Source of the DNA: Prorocentrum cordatum
Lineage: Eukaryota
Assembly: GCA_963575745.1 (NCBI GenBank)
Contig: CAUYUJ010000278.1
Span: 1-64,000 of the forward strand
DNA length: 64,000 nt
Direction: 5' to 3'
In this document: positions 10,101-22,700 of the stretch, in pieces
Position numbering within the stretch: position 1 is the first letter of the stretch
Layout of the letters: each line of letters opens with the position of its first letter
Made by a program: the position numbers and the translations under genes
The notes under the pieces: model-generated
Told to the model about the DNA's origin: nothing
Seen by the model: only the letters and a program-made list of their open reading frames with translations
Database searches by the model: none

Positions 10101-11665
10101 TTCCGCCGCACACAAGACACTGCGGGCTCTTCGATGAAGACCCAGCCCTCCTCGACCTGCAGGCCGACCTCGCGAGGGACCCGCTACCTCAGCCCATACC
10201 GCGGCCCCCACCTGAGGGAGATCCTGCGGCTTCAGCCCAGGACTCCTACACCACCTACCTTGACCATGACACTGGTTGGACATGGGTCTACGCTGCCACG
10301 GACGGTGCATGCACCAACCAAGCCATCCCATTGCTTGCACGAGCGGGCTACGGCGTCTACTACGGCATCGACCACCGCATGAACTACAGTGCACGCGTTC
10401 ACGGCATCACGCAGAACGCACAGCTTGCGGAGACCCTCGCCATTGTCCACCTCACGGCATGTGCCGAACGGCCCGTACACGTCTTCGTGGACAACCAGGC
10501 GGTGGTTGACGGTTTCCAAAGGATCATCGACGGACACTCACCACCGCAGGGCACGCACGTGGAGCTCTGGGAAAAGGTCCACCGATGCGTCATGGCCAAG
10601 CCAAACATGTTCCGCGTCGAGAAAGTCGCTAGCCACCAGGGCGACATGGGCATCGACCTCGGGCTCATCGGGCCCATCGCGGAGGAGTTCAATCGTCAGG
10701 CTGACGCCCTCGCCACAACGGCGGCACGTACTCATAACCTTCCAGACGACATTGTCGAAGCTGCCAAATCACGACATCGCCAAGCGACCGTGCTTCATGG
10801 AGTCGCTGTCGCCATCTACGAGCGTAGACACCGTACACTCCCCCTCCCACACCGCAGGGCTGGGTTCACAGCTGCGGAACTAAACAAAATGGAACCAAAC
10901 CCCCTGCTGTCTGACCAGGCACCACCCGCGGCTGGACCAGACATCCCACAGAACCCCGACGAGCTCTGGGCCGAGGCCCAACGGGCGATATTCGACGAAC
11001 AGGAGGACGACCCGTTCGGCTTTGGCGGGGGCCTGGACTTCCTGGGCGACGGGCCAGCCAGCGCCAACCCTGCCCCGTCGGGTACCCGCACGGCGCCCCC
11101 GACTCCGCCATCTAGAGCGGCAGCGCACCCACATGACAACGCCGCTCATTTTCAAGACGCTGACGAACAGGAGGATGACCTGTTCAGCTTCGGTGGGGGA
11201 TCGGACGCTGTGGACGACGGACCAGCCAGCGAAAACCCCGCCCTGTCGGGAAACCTCTCGACCCCTACTGCGACTTCGTCCCCGAGAGCGATATCGCCCA
11301 CATACGATGATATCGGCCACCGCCAGGACGCCGACCATGACCTGGGTGACCCCCGAGGACCGAGTGGCATGGAGGACGCACCGCCGATACCACACGCTGC
11401 TGACCATGCCGACCTACCGAGACGCCAACCTTCTACGCGACCGACCTCAGAGCCTTTGCACGGCATCACCACTGGTCCCACCGCGCAGACCACTCCACCC
11501 CCCCACCGCCGGCAGCCCGCGGGGGCGGCTTCAGCCCCCCCGCAGGGTACTAAACCAGACAGGCCCTCGTGCCCCATCCACGCGTCCATCGTTGCTGAGC
11601 GAGAGGAAGCGGCTCCCCCGACCTCTCGGGGCGTGGCCCTAGCGGCTCCAGCCCTGGGGTCGCGT
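564..11665 (+). promoter_or_regulatory. Dispersed array of 11 (+1 degenerate) bulged-C stem-loops (C-GGC-TYCA-GCC or C-GCC-TTCA-GGC on covarying lower stems)
   Basis: Bulged C at 578, 1702, 2816, 3883, 4959, 6180, (6850), 7975, 9198, 10227, 11526, 11643; each lower stem differs in sequence but is self-complementary. Function unknown. Confidence 0.75.
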
Positions 11666-12049
11666 CGGCCCCTCAAATCACATTTCAAGGGTGACGGACG
11701 CCAGCGTACTGGGTCCCGCACTACGCTAGTCCACCATTTGGACAGGCGTACCGAGGACCTCGCCTCTGTCTCGAGGCCCTCGGCTGCTGGCACAGAGCAG
11801 CCACCCCTCACCGACCGCGAAACCGAGCTGTCACAGGCTATGGCTGCCCTCCAGCAGAGGTGCTTAGCTCTCGCCGCTGACCTCGCCGCCGCCCAAGCTC
11901 GTCAAGGCCCTCTACTCCAGCGCCTCCACAGTGCTGGGCGAGCCTTCGCCGAGCTGCTCACGGCCTCGCCCGATGGTGCCGTGCCGACACTCAACATCCA
12001 AGCTATGTTGTCATCGTTCCGCGGCGCTCCACCTGGTGCCCCGCGCTAA
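4028..12049 (+). CDS. Retrotransposon ORF2/pol: AP endonuclease + reverse transcriptase + Zn-binding motif + RNase H
   Basis: APE ~6329-7140 (LVSLN, IALQET, CMDAN, SRIDYI, SH); RT ~8300-9180 (GGLDGW, QRLLSVLS, ALDRQKCFD, GHLQGSSWS, FVDD at 8960-8971); CRYC-x8-H-x4-C at 9983-10036; RNase H ~10288-10715 (ATDGAC, AQLAE, FVDNQ, KVASH, NRQADALA). An in-frame ATG at 6218 is an alternative start. Confidence 0.93.
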   Translation: MPEEPSPDQPLWREGYVLFSPHQALKEEFTFNKTVRRPYSLAITNMYRDRVTVRTVCESIAERIHTTRTRWRDVVLYWDAEGGPGPQALDYDMRLCDAMVSRATTEAELNHDRSNRGSFCLYGPAHQRAVNITAISEPQNIDYMEHVRRYSPVGGTYPDHAFEHVYRGWQRPDVPTILPDTRPLSRADWQRHQQHQQRIQQRDQRDAGQHGTPRYRSPARVPTGGNTAYDGVAAYYRGPIGARPAAAGAAASSYGHAPHARVHPAVIGYPRAPVQALRATSPVPGSTRAWGLYSGRHDGTSSNQPAVITPAASAQGAATNRGRAGRPEGWRDANVRAWQPRQHTPPPNVAAALRPAQAKPAPPERERQPLTPLVLTHIQAHHSASPRHSEGSAHHVSPRPDAVDPDQATATAEGGTSASRQPSPSPCAAPIRSPSRADSERANAQATSPRDRHTGGRVPRSRTCSRHSSRKAPGSSTSSPPRETQADGRAPEVVPRFGASVIEPGQAVDLEPTPSTDHEPPLPTRVIVPIDEAPTFDPFKNKYRVKNLVAGFGGGSPLSPQSRGGAPATSAAAAAAAAPRGISPVRNVGLTAAGMDEAQRQASDRAAGAVPPDAAHQDTDGAGAPPQEGPAVSRAQYMRVRCAAAAPSRRRWFAFVSVFGRTDRGVASFSLCCRLTSPPLVPYSTGVRRIFRDIFTDVYEPPLAQCRPCPAYTSGLTAASAPVKLIHRNAMSSYCGQASYLGEGQADLHRAGRANPSSTDGDGPGRSIHLVSLNITSLSANWPTITALGVDHNAAVIALQETRHAKPTRQAIATSAANPLHGGYHASLGPDLDLARAQRRAAHGGTDHTVVGNTGASGGVAILSKDAIVDSTVDDKAPCIAALKAKKRWHEVFLPLCTQHRRRRRRNNHGPAGIYIASLYGIAGGDSTALFRLADCAAARVGSAPYFICMDANTNIDDNPHLLHMLQHGWFNVAEGTPDHTMHTYGNIPDWDRVTKCPRTSRIDYIIANQAARSLVTDFCYLRDLPAKSHVGLQVTLDLSRLDHTARRLLAPTPYPPDDGAHEGHELQALGTLIAGRYQDRMEQADTRDDVERMFALANEASHEYHLTRLRDLPPPPPDHPKKKPPTMHGLTPTFEDRPVVPRAFPTYGASTIHMNRLRKLHRQLCELRFIGQHHHLDCRAIPPYLAQRIDCTWTAARLLCHKLRPTVLLDFPEAWTPDEPVPHGEHLDVLIQHLDLELARRANRAKAERIKIWAEGVREPSGRKAAIYARAADSSPTAYLRTPTTPDDTQLHCDTNAFKPDEACTDDSDADTEAGGFSPSDGSSPDTDSDEDHTREPPPAQVPDILPANAIVANTKDMLKLMVDTWEPILGRYRARAGHDAEAMPTWADFYDEYRQELPTPSPATPFHLTDDQLIHFIRTRSPRRAGGLDGWTTKEAKELPDDILRLFASVLRAMQRTGTIPEPLLHVPNPCLRKGRGELPTDQRLLSVLSVWMYAWEAPAYRSLTDWRKGWTHATSFGAVPKATIGDVSTSLALRIEHARALLLPLAGAALDRQKCFDYLITDICLNLALHAGCPQDIVTVRRNFYSRHKRYIRMNGAYSKELARTNGHLQGSSWSLDDIKLLMCVWTKRQHRYVPRSLSTTFVDDSNSTTHTAPELQKSLDETAKFDRFSGQRIHPGKVAGWALTDELHTAVTQLTLAERPLRVVDSFKLVGSYINAEAAPAPAALNLTATADARVRRATSRLPRIGKLPSPMLIKARHARSLAASVCTTGTDIQAPSGPVKTAYNHALKAAIRPKGNRWVEFWTLMAVCVPGHALEIDAIMQREVFLCLRRQVNRDATLCGLVRDLQHHVQTLFGGGPVGRLVQTLQQLRWTWPTFGIMYDDWGCQISWLNLPQNAFLHMLRASQRRAFLRKIKPRRHDLGHLASVRQGLDLFASTWLARTKGAAKCNAWQLALLLNYLSGGDHTQQRRSRSNTSADPSPICRYCDEEEETQEHTVRDCKCWARERVPLTTLISDEQWARLPPHTRHCGLFDEDPALLDLQADLARDPLPQPIPRPPPEGDPAASAQDSYTTYLDHDTGWTWVYAATDGACTNQAIPLLARAGYGVYYGIDHRMNYSARVHGITQNAQLAETLAIVHLTACAERPVHVFVDNQAVVDGFQRIIDGHSPPQGTHVELWEKVHRCVMAKPNMFRVEKVASHQGDMGIDLGLIGPIAEEFNRQADALATTAARTHNLPDDIVEAAKSRHRQATVLHGVAVAIYERRHRTLPLPHRRAGFTAAELNKMEPNPLLSDQAPPAAGPDIPQNPDELWAEAQRAIFDEQEDDPFGFGGGLDFLGDGPASANPAPSGTRTAPPTPPSRAAAHPHDNAAHFQDADEQEDDLFSFGGGSDAVDDGPASENPALSGNLSTPTATSSPRAISPTYDDIGHRQDADHDLGDPRGPSGMEDAPPIPHAADHADLPRRQPSTRPTSEPLHGITTGPTAQTTPPPHRRQPAGAASAPPQGTKPDRPSCPIHASIVAEREEAAPPTSRGVALAAPALGSRRPLKSHFKGDGRQRTGSRTTLVHHLDRRTEDLASVSRPSAAGTEQPPLTDRETELSQAMAALQQRCLALAADLAAAQARQGPLLQRLHSAGRAFAELLTASPDGAVPTLNIQAMLSSFRGAPPGAPR

Positions 12050-12416
12050 TCTCCTCCTTTCTGCCTGCCCGTGTGTACGCGTGGCTCCGCGTCCACGGTG
12101 TCAGGGCGTGGGGGCGGGGGGTGCCCCGTCACTGCGCGCCGCTTAGCGGCCAAGCGCCCAACTGGCGGTCTGCCAAGCCGCCTAGCCACGTGTCAGCACG
12201 TCGCCTTTCTTGTTGGGGCCTTTTTCCTCACGCGGTCTGACAGGTGAGATCATCATCGTCTGTCCGCCGTCTGTAGCGTCTGTCGCACTGCGCCGGGGGA
12301 GGGGTTTTTTGTTGCCCGCCCTCGTATCTAAAGGCTGCACCGCCGCAAATAGTGCATGCGAGTTGTCGCACCGCAGTGCGCCTCGCGGACGGACCCTGGT
12401 CCGCCTACTTGTCCGA

Positions 12417-12916
<500 letters not shown>

Positions 12917-15084
12917 GTGCATATCGCAAGCGCCTCCGCGCGCTGCCCCGCCTGGCCGGGCCCCGCCCATCTCCGGAATTCAGGGCCAGGGCAGCCCGGC
13001 AGCCCCGGCCTTTGTGACAGGGATTCCGGCCCGCAAGGCAATGCCCTGACGCGCGCCTCTATTGCCTCGGCCCGCGCACGCACCCGCAGGCCGTCGGATT
13101 GTCTTCGAGGGCCCGATGGCCGCCAGGATTTGGCCGACGAAACCTTTCAACGCGCCGAGGCGTCTCGGCGCTGAGACCTGGGCTACAAGCTCTTGTCAGC
13201 ACGGGCCCCCCCTCTGCAGAAGAATGCGCCGCTGCTCGCGCCGCGCTGCCCTGAACTCTCGAACGCGCGCAGATGACGCATGAACCAAAAAATGCCGCTG
13301 CTCGGCCGCGCGCGAGAAGCGCGAGCCGCTCGAGGGGGAGACCTCGAAAGGCAAGGTCAAGACCCCAGTGGCGCAGCCGTGTCCGCAGGCGCCAGTTGTT
13401 GGTTGAGCACGCATGCGATCTTCTTTTCGGTCGCTCTGCTTGACGCCCCCGGCCAGCCCCAATCTTCGGGTTGGGGGATATTTTTTTGGCCTTCGATCAG
13501 CGCGCGTTTCAGCTGGCGCGCCCCCAGGCCCTTGCTCTCGGATATGCACGTCTCCCTTAGCGGCGGAAGATGAGCAGAGCTACATGGGCGCGCTTGGCTT
13601 GGAATGTTGTCTGCGGAGTTGAAGCTCCGCCGTGCCCGCATCCATCGCCCATGGGCACGACGGCTCAAGTTGGTCTGGCAATCCCCAAGCCGACTCCTAT
13701 CCCACCCTCCTGCTCAGCATAGGTGGGGGGGATCTTGATATGCGTGTCAGTCTTTTCGATCAGTGTGCGTCTCAGCTGGCCCGCTCTCACGCCCGCCAAT
13801 GCTCTCGGACGTGTCTATCTTCTGCAGCAGCGGAAAATGAGCAGAGCCACGTCGTCACCAGCATCATCATCACCATAATCATCATCAGTCGATTGCCGGT
13901 GTCTTGCAGCGCCCAGCGAAGTGATCGAGGAGAGGGGACACCCATCATGGGCCCTGCGCTACAGTCGTTCCCATTGGCGCAATTGGCTGGAGTGAGACAA
14001 CGCAATCGGGATTCAATGCGCGGTGGAATCGATCATAAACATAGCAGGTCAGCAAGATGAACCAACAAGCACGCAGACGAGGGACACACGTCTACTACAT
14101 GGACTCTGTAGCTTCGGCATGGCATCGGTCGGCACTCGACCCCCGCGCGATGATTTCCACATGCCACATGAGGACCACGGCCACGTGAAGGGACGATCCA
14201 GGGCGGCGGCTCTCGCGGTGGGCAACGCGCTGCAGTGGCGCTTATCGGCAGCGAAAATCAGCCACGCCACCACCAAGCACGACGCGACGAACGCGATTGC
14301 CAGCGTCTGCCACGAGCACCTCGGCAAGGCGGTGTACCAGATGTATCAGCCAGAGGACGCGCAGATCATGCTCGCCAGACATCGCTGCACAGCATGCGTC
14401 GTGCACGCACACGACGGGGGCGGCACCTTTGCCAACGCCGCGAGATGCTTCGTGGGCGATTCCGACGCGGCCGCCAAGTTCAGGGTCGCGCTTGAGAAGC
14501 CGATGCAGGAGTGGCGGCGCTCTATTTTCCTGTCGGATGATGCGCGCGAATTGACAGCTGGATGCCCCATCAGAGAGTCGCGTGATCTGGGCGTTCGCAA
14601 GTGCGCGGGCGACCTGACTTCTCGCGCGCGCGGCCCCAGATGCGCGCAGCGCGGCCGCGAAGGTCGAGACCCCGGACCGCCGCTTGGGCGAGGCCCCCAG
14701 CCGCACCAGACTTGCGCTGGCGAGTCGCGACGCAAACGTTGCGAGTCCTTGTTTCGTGGGAGGTTCGCAGGGACCCACCGGGGCGCTCCACTACAATGGG
14801 GCCCCCATCGCTGGAGAAGTGCAGGCCGCCTCTGTCTTCCTGAGGGCCAGGGCACAGACCTCGGGGCGAAGCGGCGAGGCGATCAGGGCGAGGTGCTCGG
14901 CCATTCGGGCGGGCTGGCGCGCGGGACTTGAGGCGAGGGCCGCCGCGAAGGACAAGGCAAACGAACTCGATTCGGTCGCGGCCAGTTATGCTTGCGCGCT
15001 GCGCCAGGGGATCGCGCCCCACAAGCAGCTGAATGGCAAGGGGGGGAAGAAGGGTGAGAGGTCACGACCATGCGCGGAATCCGC

Positions 15085-16490
15085 GTGGGAAAAGATGAAG
15101 GTCGTTCTCCCCAGTTTTGAGCTTGCGGCGCGTCGGCTACGGCAGTATCAAGCCCTCGCCCGCCGCCCCCATCGTCACGCGCAGGAACTTGCCTCTGTCT
15201 TGGGGAAGATCGCGTTCGAGAACGCGACACCACAGCAGCCCCCTTGGGCCCCTGAGTATGCCCCAGAGGGGTCCGCGAACGACCACGCGAACCCCTGGGC
15301 CCTGCAGTTCCAGAACGATGTGCTCTACTTGGGTAGGCTCGAGGACGGGATAGACTTTCTGGACGACAGAGGTCGCGACTTCCCGAGGGTGTTCCAGTCG
15401 CTGGAGTTGCGCGCCAAGTTCCTGGAGTTCAACATGAAGAAACTTCGTGAACACTGGCTAGAGTCCCCGACGGGGATCCCCATCAGGCTTTCCGAGGTTC
15501 AGGAGTGCTTCGAGGGCGGGCATCTATGCTCTTAACGAGGACAGCCTGGAGCGTGAAAAAAGGGGTTGCATGGCGCATGCGCTTCGAGCACATCATACAC
15601 GCAGCGGAGAATGCGAACGCGGACAACTAAACATGCTCATGGAGTATATTGTCAAAACCGGTGCCCGACGCATGCCCCAAAAATTGCATGCAGGCGCATC
15701 GCATCACAGCAGCGTGCCGACAGGGGAGATGCATAACCCAGAAGCCGACACTCAATTATCCCGTCGTCTTCCGCAGCAGTTTACGTGCCCCGAGCTGGAA
15801 TGCGCAATCGAGTTTGCCGACCTGCCCACGCTTCAATTGCACCTTGCGGCCGCGCACCTGCCGCAGCCTTTACCACGCGTCGCGGCTGCAGGCCCAGCTC
15901 GAGGCACTCGAGGAAGACGCGGCCGAGCCCTGCAAGATGGAGCTGCAGATGAGAGGAGACTGGCGGTCGCGGGTGGCATCGGGAGCAAGCGCAGTAGCGT
16001 CAGGCAGCGCGAAGAAGAGAAACCCGAAGATCGTGGGCACCTCAGAGCTCGACGGCGCGACGACGGAGATCAAGGCAACACCAGTCTCCCGCTGGCTGAG
16101 GCCGACAAGAGGATCACCGAGATGGGCGCCAACTCAGCGGCGTGCCACACGGGGATCATCGAGGGCATCCCAGCGGAAAGAGCGGCGGGGAAGCGCGCGC
16201 ACAAGACGCAGCTCGAGGATCACAACAAGCAGCAGCAGCAGCAGAAGAAGGCCAGTGCACTGCAGAATGGGGAGCTCGAGCAGATGGTGAAGATCACGGA
16301 CTGTCATGAGACATGCCAGGTCAAGCTCGTCCTGAGCGTCGCGAACGACCGGCCAGTTCACGAGGCGCCGGGCCAGGCGGGCGCAATCTACAAGCAGGGC
16401 AGGACCCCGAGGGGCCAACACGAGCGCACGGGATGCCACGAGCTCGAGGCGATGATGGAGGAGCAGGCGTCAGGAATAACGAAGAGATAA
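15085..16490 (+). pseudogene. Decayed 3' portion of a non-LTR retrotransposon (post-RT region, C2H2 finger, small downstream ORF)
   Basis: HAQELASVLGK...ANPWALQF...FQSLELRAKFL resembles HALEIAAVFGQ...ANPDARRF...FEDPELRGRFL in the LINE relic at ~22950-23230; C2H2 finger CPELEC-x12-HLAAAH at ~15785-15858; broken by stops and frameshifts. Confidence 0.55.
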
Positions 16491-17014
16491 ATCGACCGGG
16501 GAACTCGTAGAACGCCTGAGCCATGCAGCCAGCGCGCCGATCCTCAGTTCCCCCACTCCCCCCCCCCCCTCTGCTCCGAGCCTCGCTTTTCTCGCCCACC
16601 CCGCCCCCGCCCAGGGCAAGAGCAGCGCGAGCCAAACCGGGCCAGAGCTGGCTGCCTCTCCAGTCCGCAATCGCACGAGCGATCATCGCACGAGCGATCA
16701 TCGCACGAGCCGGAGTTCTTTCAGAGGCCAGGCGGCGGGTGGAGAGCCTCGCAGGCGCCGACCTGTGCGAAGAAGTCGGAACGCACAAGCGCGCGAAGAT
16801 CACCGGCGCCTCGAAGGCCCCTGGCCCCCCAGGGCGCCCCTCCGGACGCGAGCGCTGATCTGCGGCTTCTGGGGGCGCCGCGACAACAGCCGTTATAGTT
16901 GCGGCCGTGAGTCGCGACCGTGCTCGGTCACGCATCGCAAACTGAAGCTCGGCCGTAGCCCGACCCTAGGGGCTCGAGCGCACGGGGCCCCTGCTGGCCC
17001 CCGATGGGCGCTGA

Positions 17015-19620
<2,606 letters not shown>

Positions 19621-19789
19621 GGCCGCAATGGGGAAGGGCCGGGCCCCCCCCAGCATTGCTGAGATTGCACCTCGCGCAGGGCTGCGGCCCCACGGCAGAC
19701 GCGCCGCCACGCGTTACTTCTCTGCTCGCGGATGAGGGTGAGCGATGGTACATCGTTATTCTCTTGTTGTTTGCTGCTCATTGCGAGTT

Positions 19790-22700
19790 CTGCGGGCTCT
19801 GGAAGTGCGATCGCACCGCGTATGTCCACTGGAACTGCACGGTGGCGAATGAGTCGCGGCTTTGGGATATCTCTGAGGAGTTCAAGCACGTAGACATTAT
19901 CGCACTTTCAGGCACTGGCGAGCGAGCAGGTGAACGGGCCACGGCACTTCGCCATGCATCATGGGCACGTCGCAGGCAGGCACGTGACCGAGGCTTGCGG
20001 AATGGCTCTCCATCTCAGGCGTCAGAAGTTTCGCGAGCGCCACGTCGTCGACCCCGCCCCCCGCCCCCCCCCCCCCCCCAGATCCACGCCGATCGCAAGG
20101 GCGGGTGGCTCTTCATCGCATGCGGTCAGGAAGATTTGATGCATCGATTGCACAGCAATTTTCCGCCGAGGCCGTCTCAGCGAAGAGAAGGGCGCGAGTC
20201 GGAGGACATCCCTTTCGTGAGTATCGCAGCACCGTCGACCGCATGTGCACGCGGCTTGAGAAATGTCTCACGTGGGCAAAGGCGCGGTCCACGTTGTTCA
20301 GGAGTTTCGACTAAGACGATTATCTTGGGCGCCGTCGGAGGGCAGGAGGGGGCAACACTTGCGAAGAGATCGAGCATGCTTCCTTGGGGCCGATGGGCGA
20401 GGCGAAAACATTACGCAGGGGATCGAGTTCAAGAGCTGTGCGAGACGCACGGCCTCGGTATATCATCGATGGAATTTCTGTGTCGGGGATGCGTCAGTTG
20501 GCATGTCAGTTCTAGTGCAATTGACTACGTGGCGGTTGTTTCAGCGGCAACGCTCCCTTGCATCTGCATGTCGGGGCGTACGACGCGCGAATCTCTGGTT
20601 GAAACTAGTGACAGAAGGAGGCCTTCAGGACCATGTACCGATACTACTGCAGACAGCGCGCAGTTTTGACAAGTCGTGGTCGCGTCCAGCGGGGGCGCGA
20701 TGGGATTATGACGCCCTGGCGCAGGCTCTGCGGCACGGCAAGGGCGCCGCGAGCTTCTTCATGCACTATCTCGAAGGCATCTTCGAGGGCCAGCCCGGCT
20801 GGCACGAGATGCTGCCGAGCGCGACGACGCCCGATGCTGCGCGGCAGTGGTGCGCCACTACGGTCCATGAGGTAGCCGAACGCCATTTTGGCAAAGCCGC
20901 GACGGCAGGCCCGCAGGCCAAGCTGCATGCCCAAGGACGGCGACGGTTTCTGGCTCTCCGACGGCACCAGCGCAGCATTGGCGACGACGACATGGCGACG
21001 GCATTAGCTTGGGCGCGTTATACTAAGCATCTTCGCTCTTCGTCGTGCTCGTTTTTAGTGTGTCTCGGAGCAACTCGCTTTAAAAATCCAGGATGCTTGG
21101 AAAGGGCAACGTCGCGCCGAAGTCCGGAGGCTGGCTCGCCGGGGCAATGTCGGGGGCCACGTCAGCGCAGATATAAAACGGCTACAGAATTTACTCCGAG
21201 GTCAGATGAAGTTCGAAGGCATGTTGCCCGGGACGGGCCAGCTAGCGGATGTCGAGCACTCCCTGTCGAGAGTTTCGCCAGCTTTCAGGCTGACCAGCTT
21301 CGTTACCCACCCGAGCCCCCCATGTTTGGCGCTGACAGTTTCAGGACTGCCGAGCAAGGGCGAGAGGACCACGCGAGGGCTATCAGACTGCTGGGGCCGG
21401 GCCCCACGGCGCAAAGCTGCACCACTGCGCAGTGCCCCTTCGGAGATGCGCATGTTGGTGGTCGATCCCTCGCGCAGGTCTCGATGGCACCCACAGGCGC
21501 CCGAAGACCGAGAACGACGACGACGAGTCAACTGGCCCCCAGCGGCAGCAGCGAGCACCCACTGTTCTACGGCAGCGTCTCGGGCGAGATAGGCGCGGTC
21601 TAGGCGCGGTCCACGGGGGGCATTCCAACGAGGGCACCCTGCGAGGGCACCAACAGATCTTCCACCACAGCAGGAGGGTCCGACGGACCCCACTGGCCTG
21701 GCACCATTCCTGAGCTACGGGTCTCATCTAAATTAATTGGAAACTCGGGCTTAACGCGCGGCATTATAAACGCGGGCTCTGTCGTCTTGGGGCCCTGCGG
21801 CACAAGGCAGATTTTGAGGAGGGGCCTCTTTGATAGGGCCCCCGACAGGGAGCATGGGCACCCACCTGGGAGGAATAGAGAGGGAGCGCTCATATGCCAA
21901 GAAGGAAGCTCAGACGTCTTGGGGCCTCCAGCGCCATCACTTCAGTACTTTTACCATTCCAGCGCCAGACGGAGAACAGGTGCCCCAGAACAGATGCGGA
22001 GCGTTCGCGGGTGACACCCCAGCAGCAGTTCTGTTTGCGCGCACGTTCCGCAGACCAGCGAAGGCATAGACTCTATGCGACAACAAGCGTGGGGCAGTGA
22101 GACTCCTCCTCCTCCTACTACTACTTACCAGGACTGGATCTCTCAACCTCTTGCTCCTCCATGCCCTCCCGCTCGCGCTGACGATGATGCGTGGTCGTCT
22201 GAGGATATCTGCGCGGCGCGGGCACCGTCTATTTATCGCCCCGTTGAACTGTCTTGTAGAGTATATGCTGATGGCACTAGTCTTAGGCGTGCGGTGTCGC
22301 CAGCGCTCAACGCACAGCACGCGCTCGATGTGGTGCACCAGCGACTACGAGAGGCGCTGAAGGAAGGAGGAGGATATGAACATAACGCGGACAAGAGTCA
22401 GGTTTCTCCGTATTTCGTGGGCGCGGGCCCCCAGGGGCACTCGTTCGCTGCGCTCACAGGTGATGTCCCCGTTGCAGGCAAGGCGATCTTTGACAGCGCG
22501 TCTTCGGGCGCCTCGACGGCGGCGAACGGAGGGGCCCGGGAGGAGCTTCGGAAGGGGGATCATGGCGCGTCGCAGGAGCTACTATTCGATGGGGAAGTTC
22601 TTGGCGCGAAGTCGAGTCTGGAGGTTTACACGCATTGTCTTCGTGGCCGTGGTCCAGGGCGCACTTCTCTCGGCACTGGCCCCGATCGCCATGGCGCCGA

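Larger units (their letters stand above)
1..12416 (+). mobile_element. Large non-LTR retrotransposon (LINE, APE-RT-RNase H type), apparently intact; 5' end may lie upstream of the window
   Basis: Two long uninterrupted + strand ORFs (1356 and 2673 aa); ORF2 has APE, RT, Zn-binding and RNase H motifs in order; ~370 bp 3' UTR runs directly into a (CT)n tract. No LTR or integrase seen. Confidence 0.92.

Noticed and set aside
13655..13672. GGCTCAAG as a relic dinoflagellate spliced leader
   Set aside because: Only 8 nt match and no preceding CCATTTT; expected by chance.
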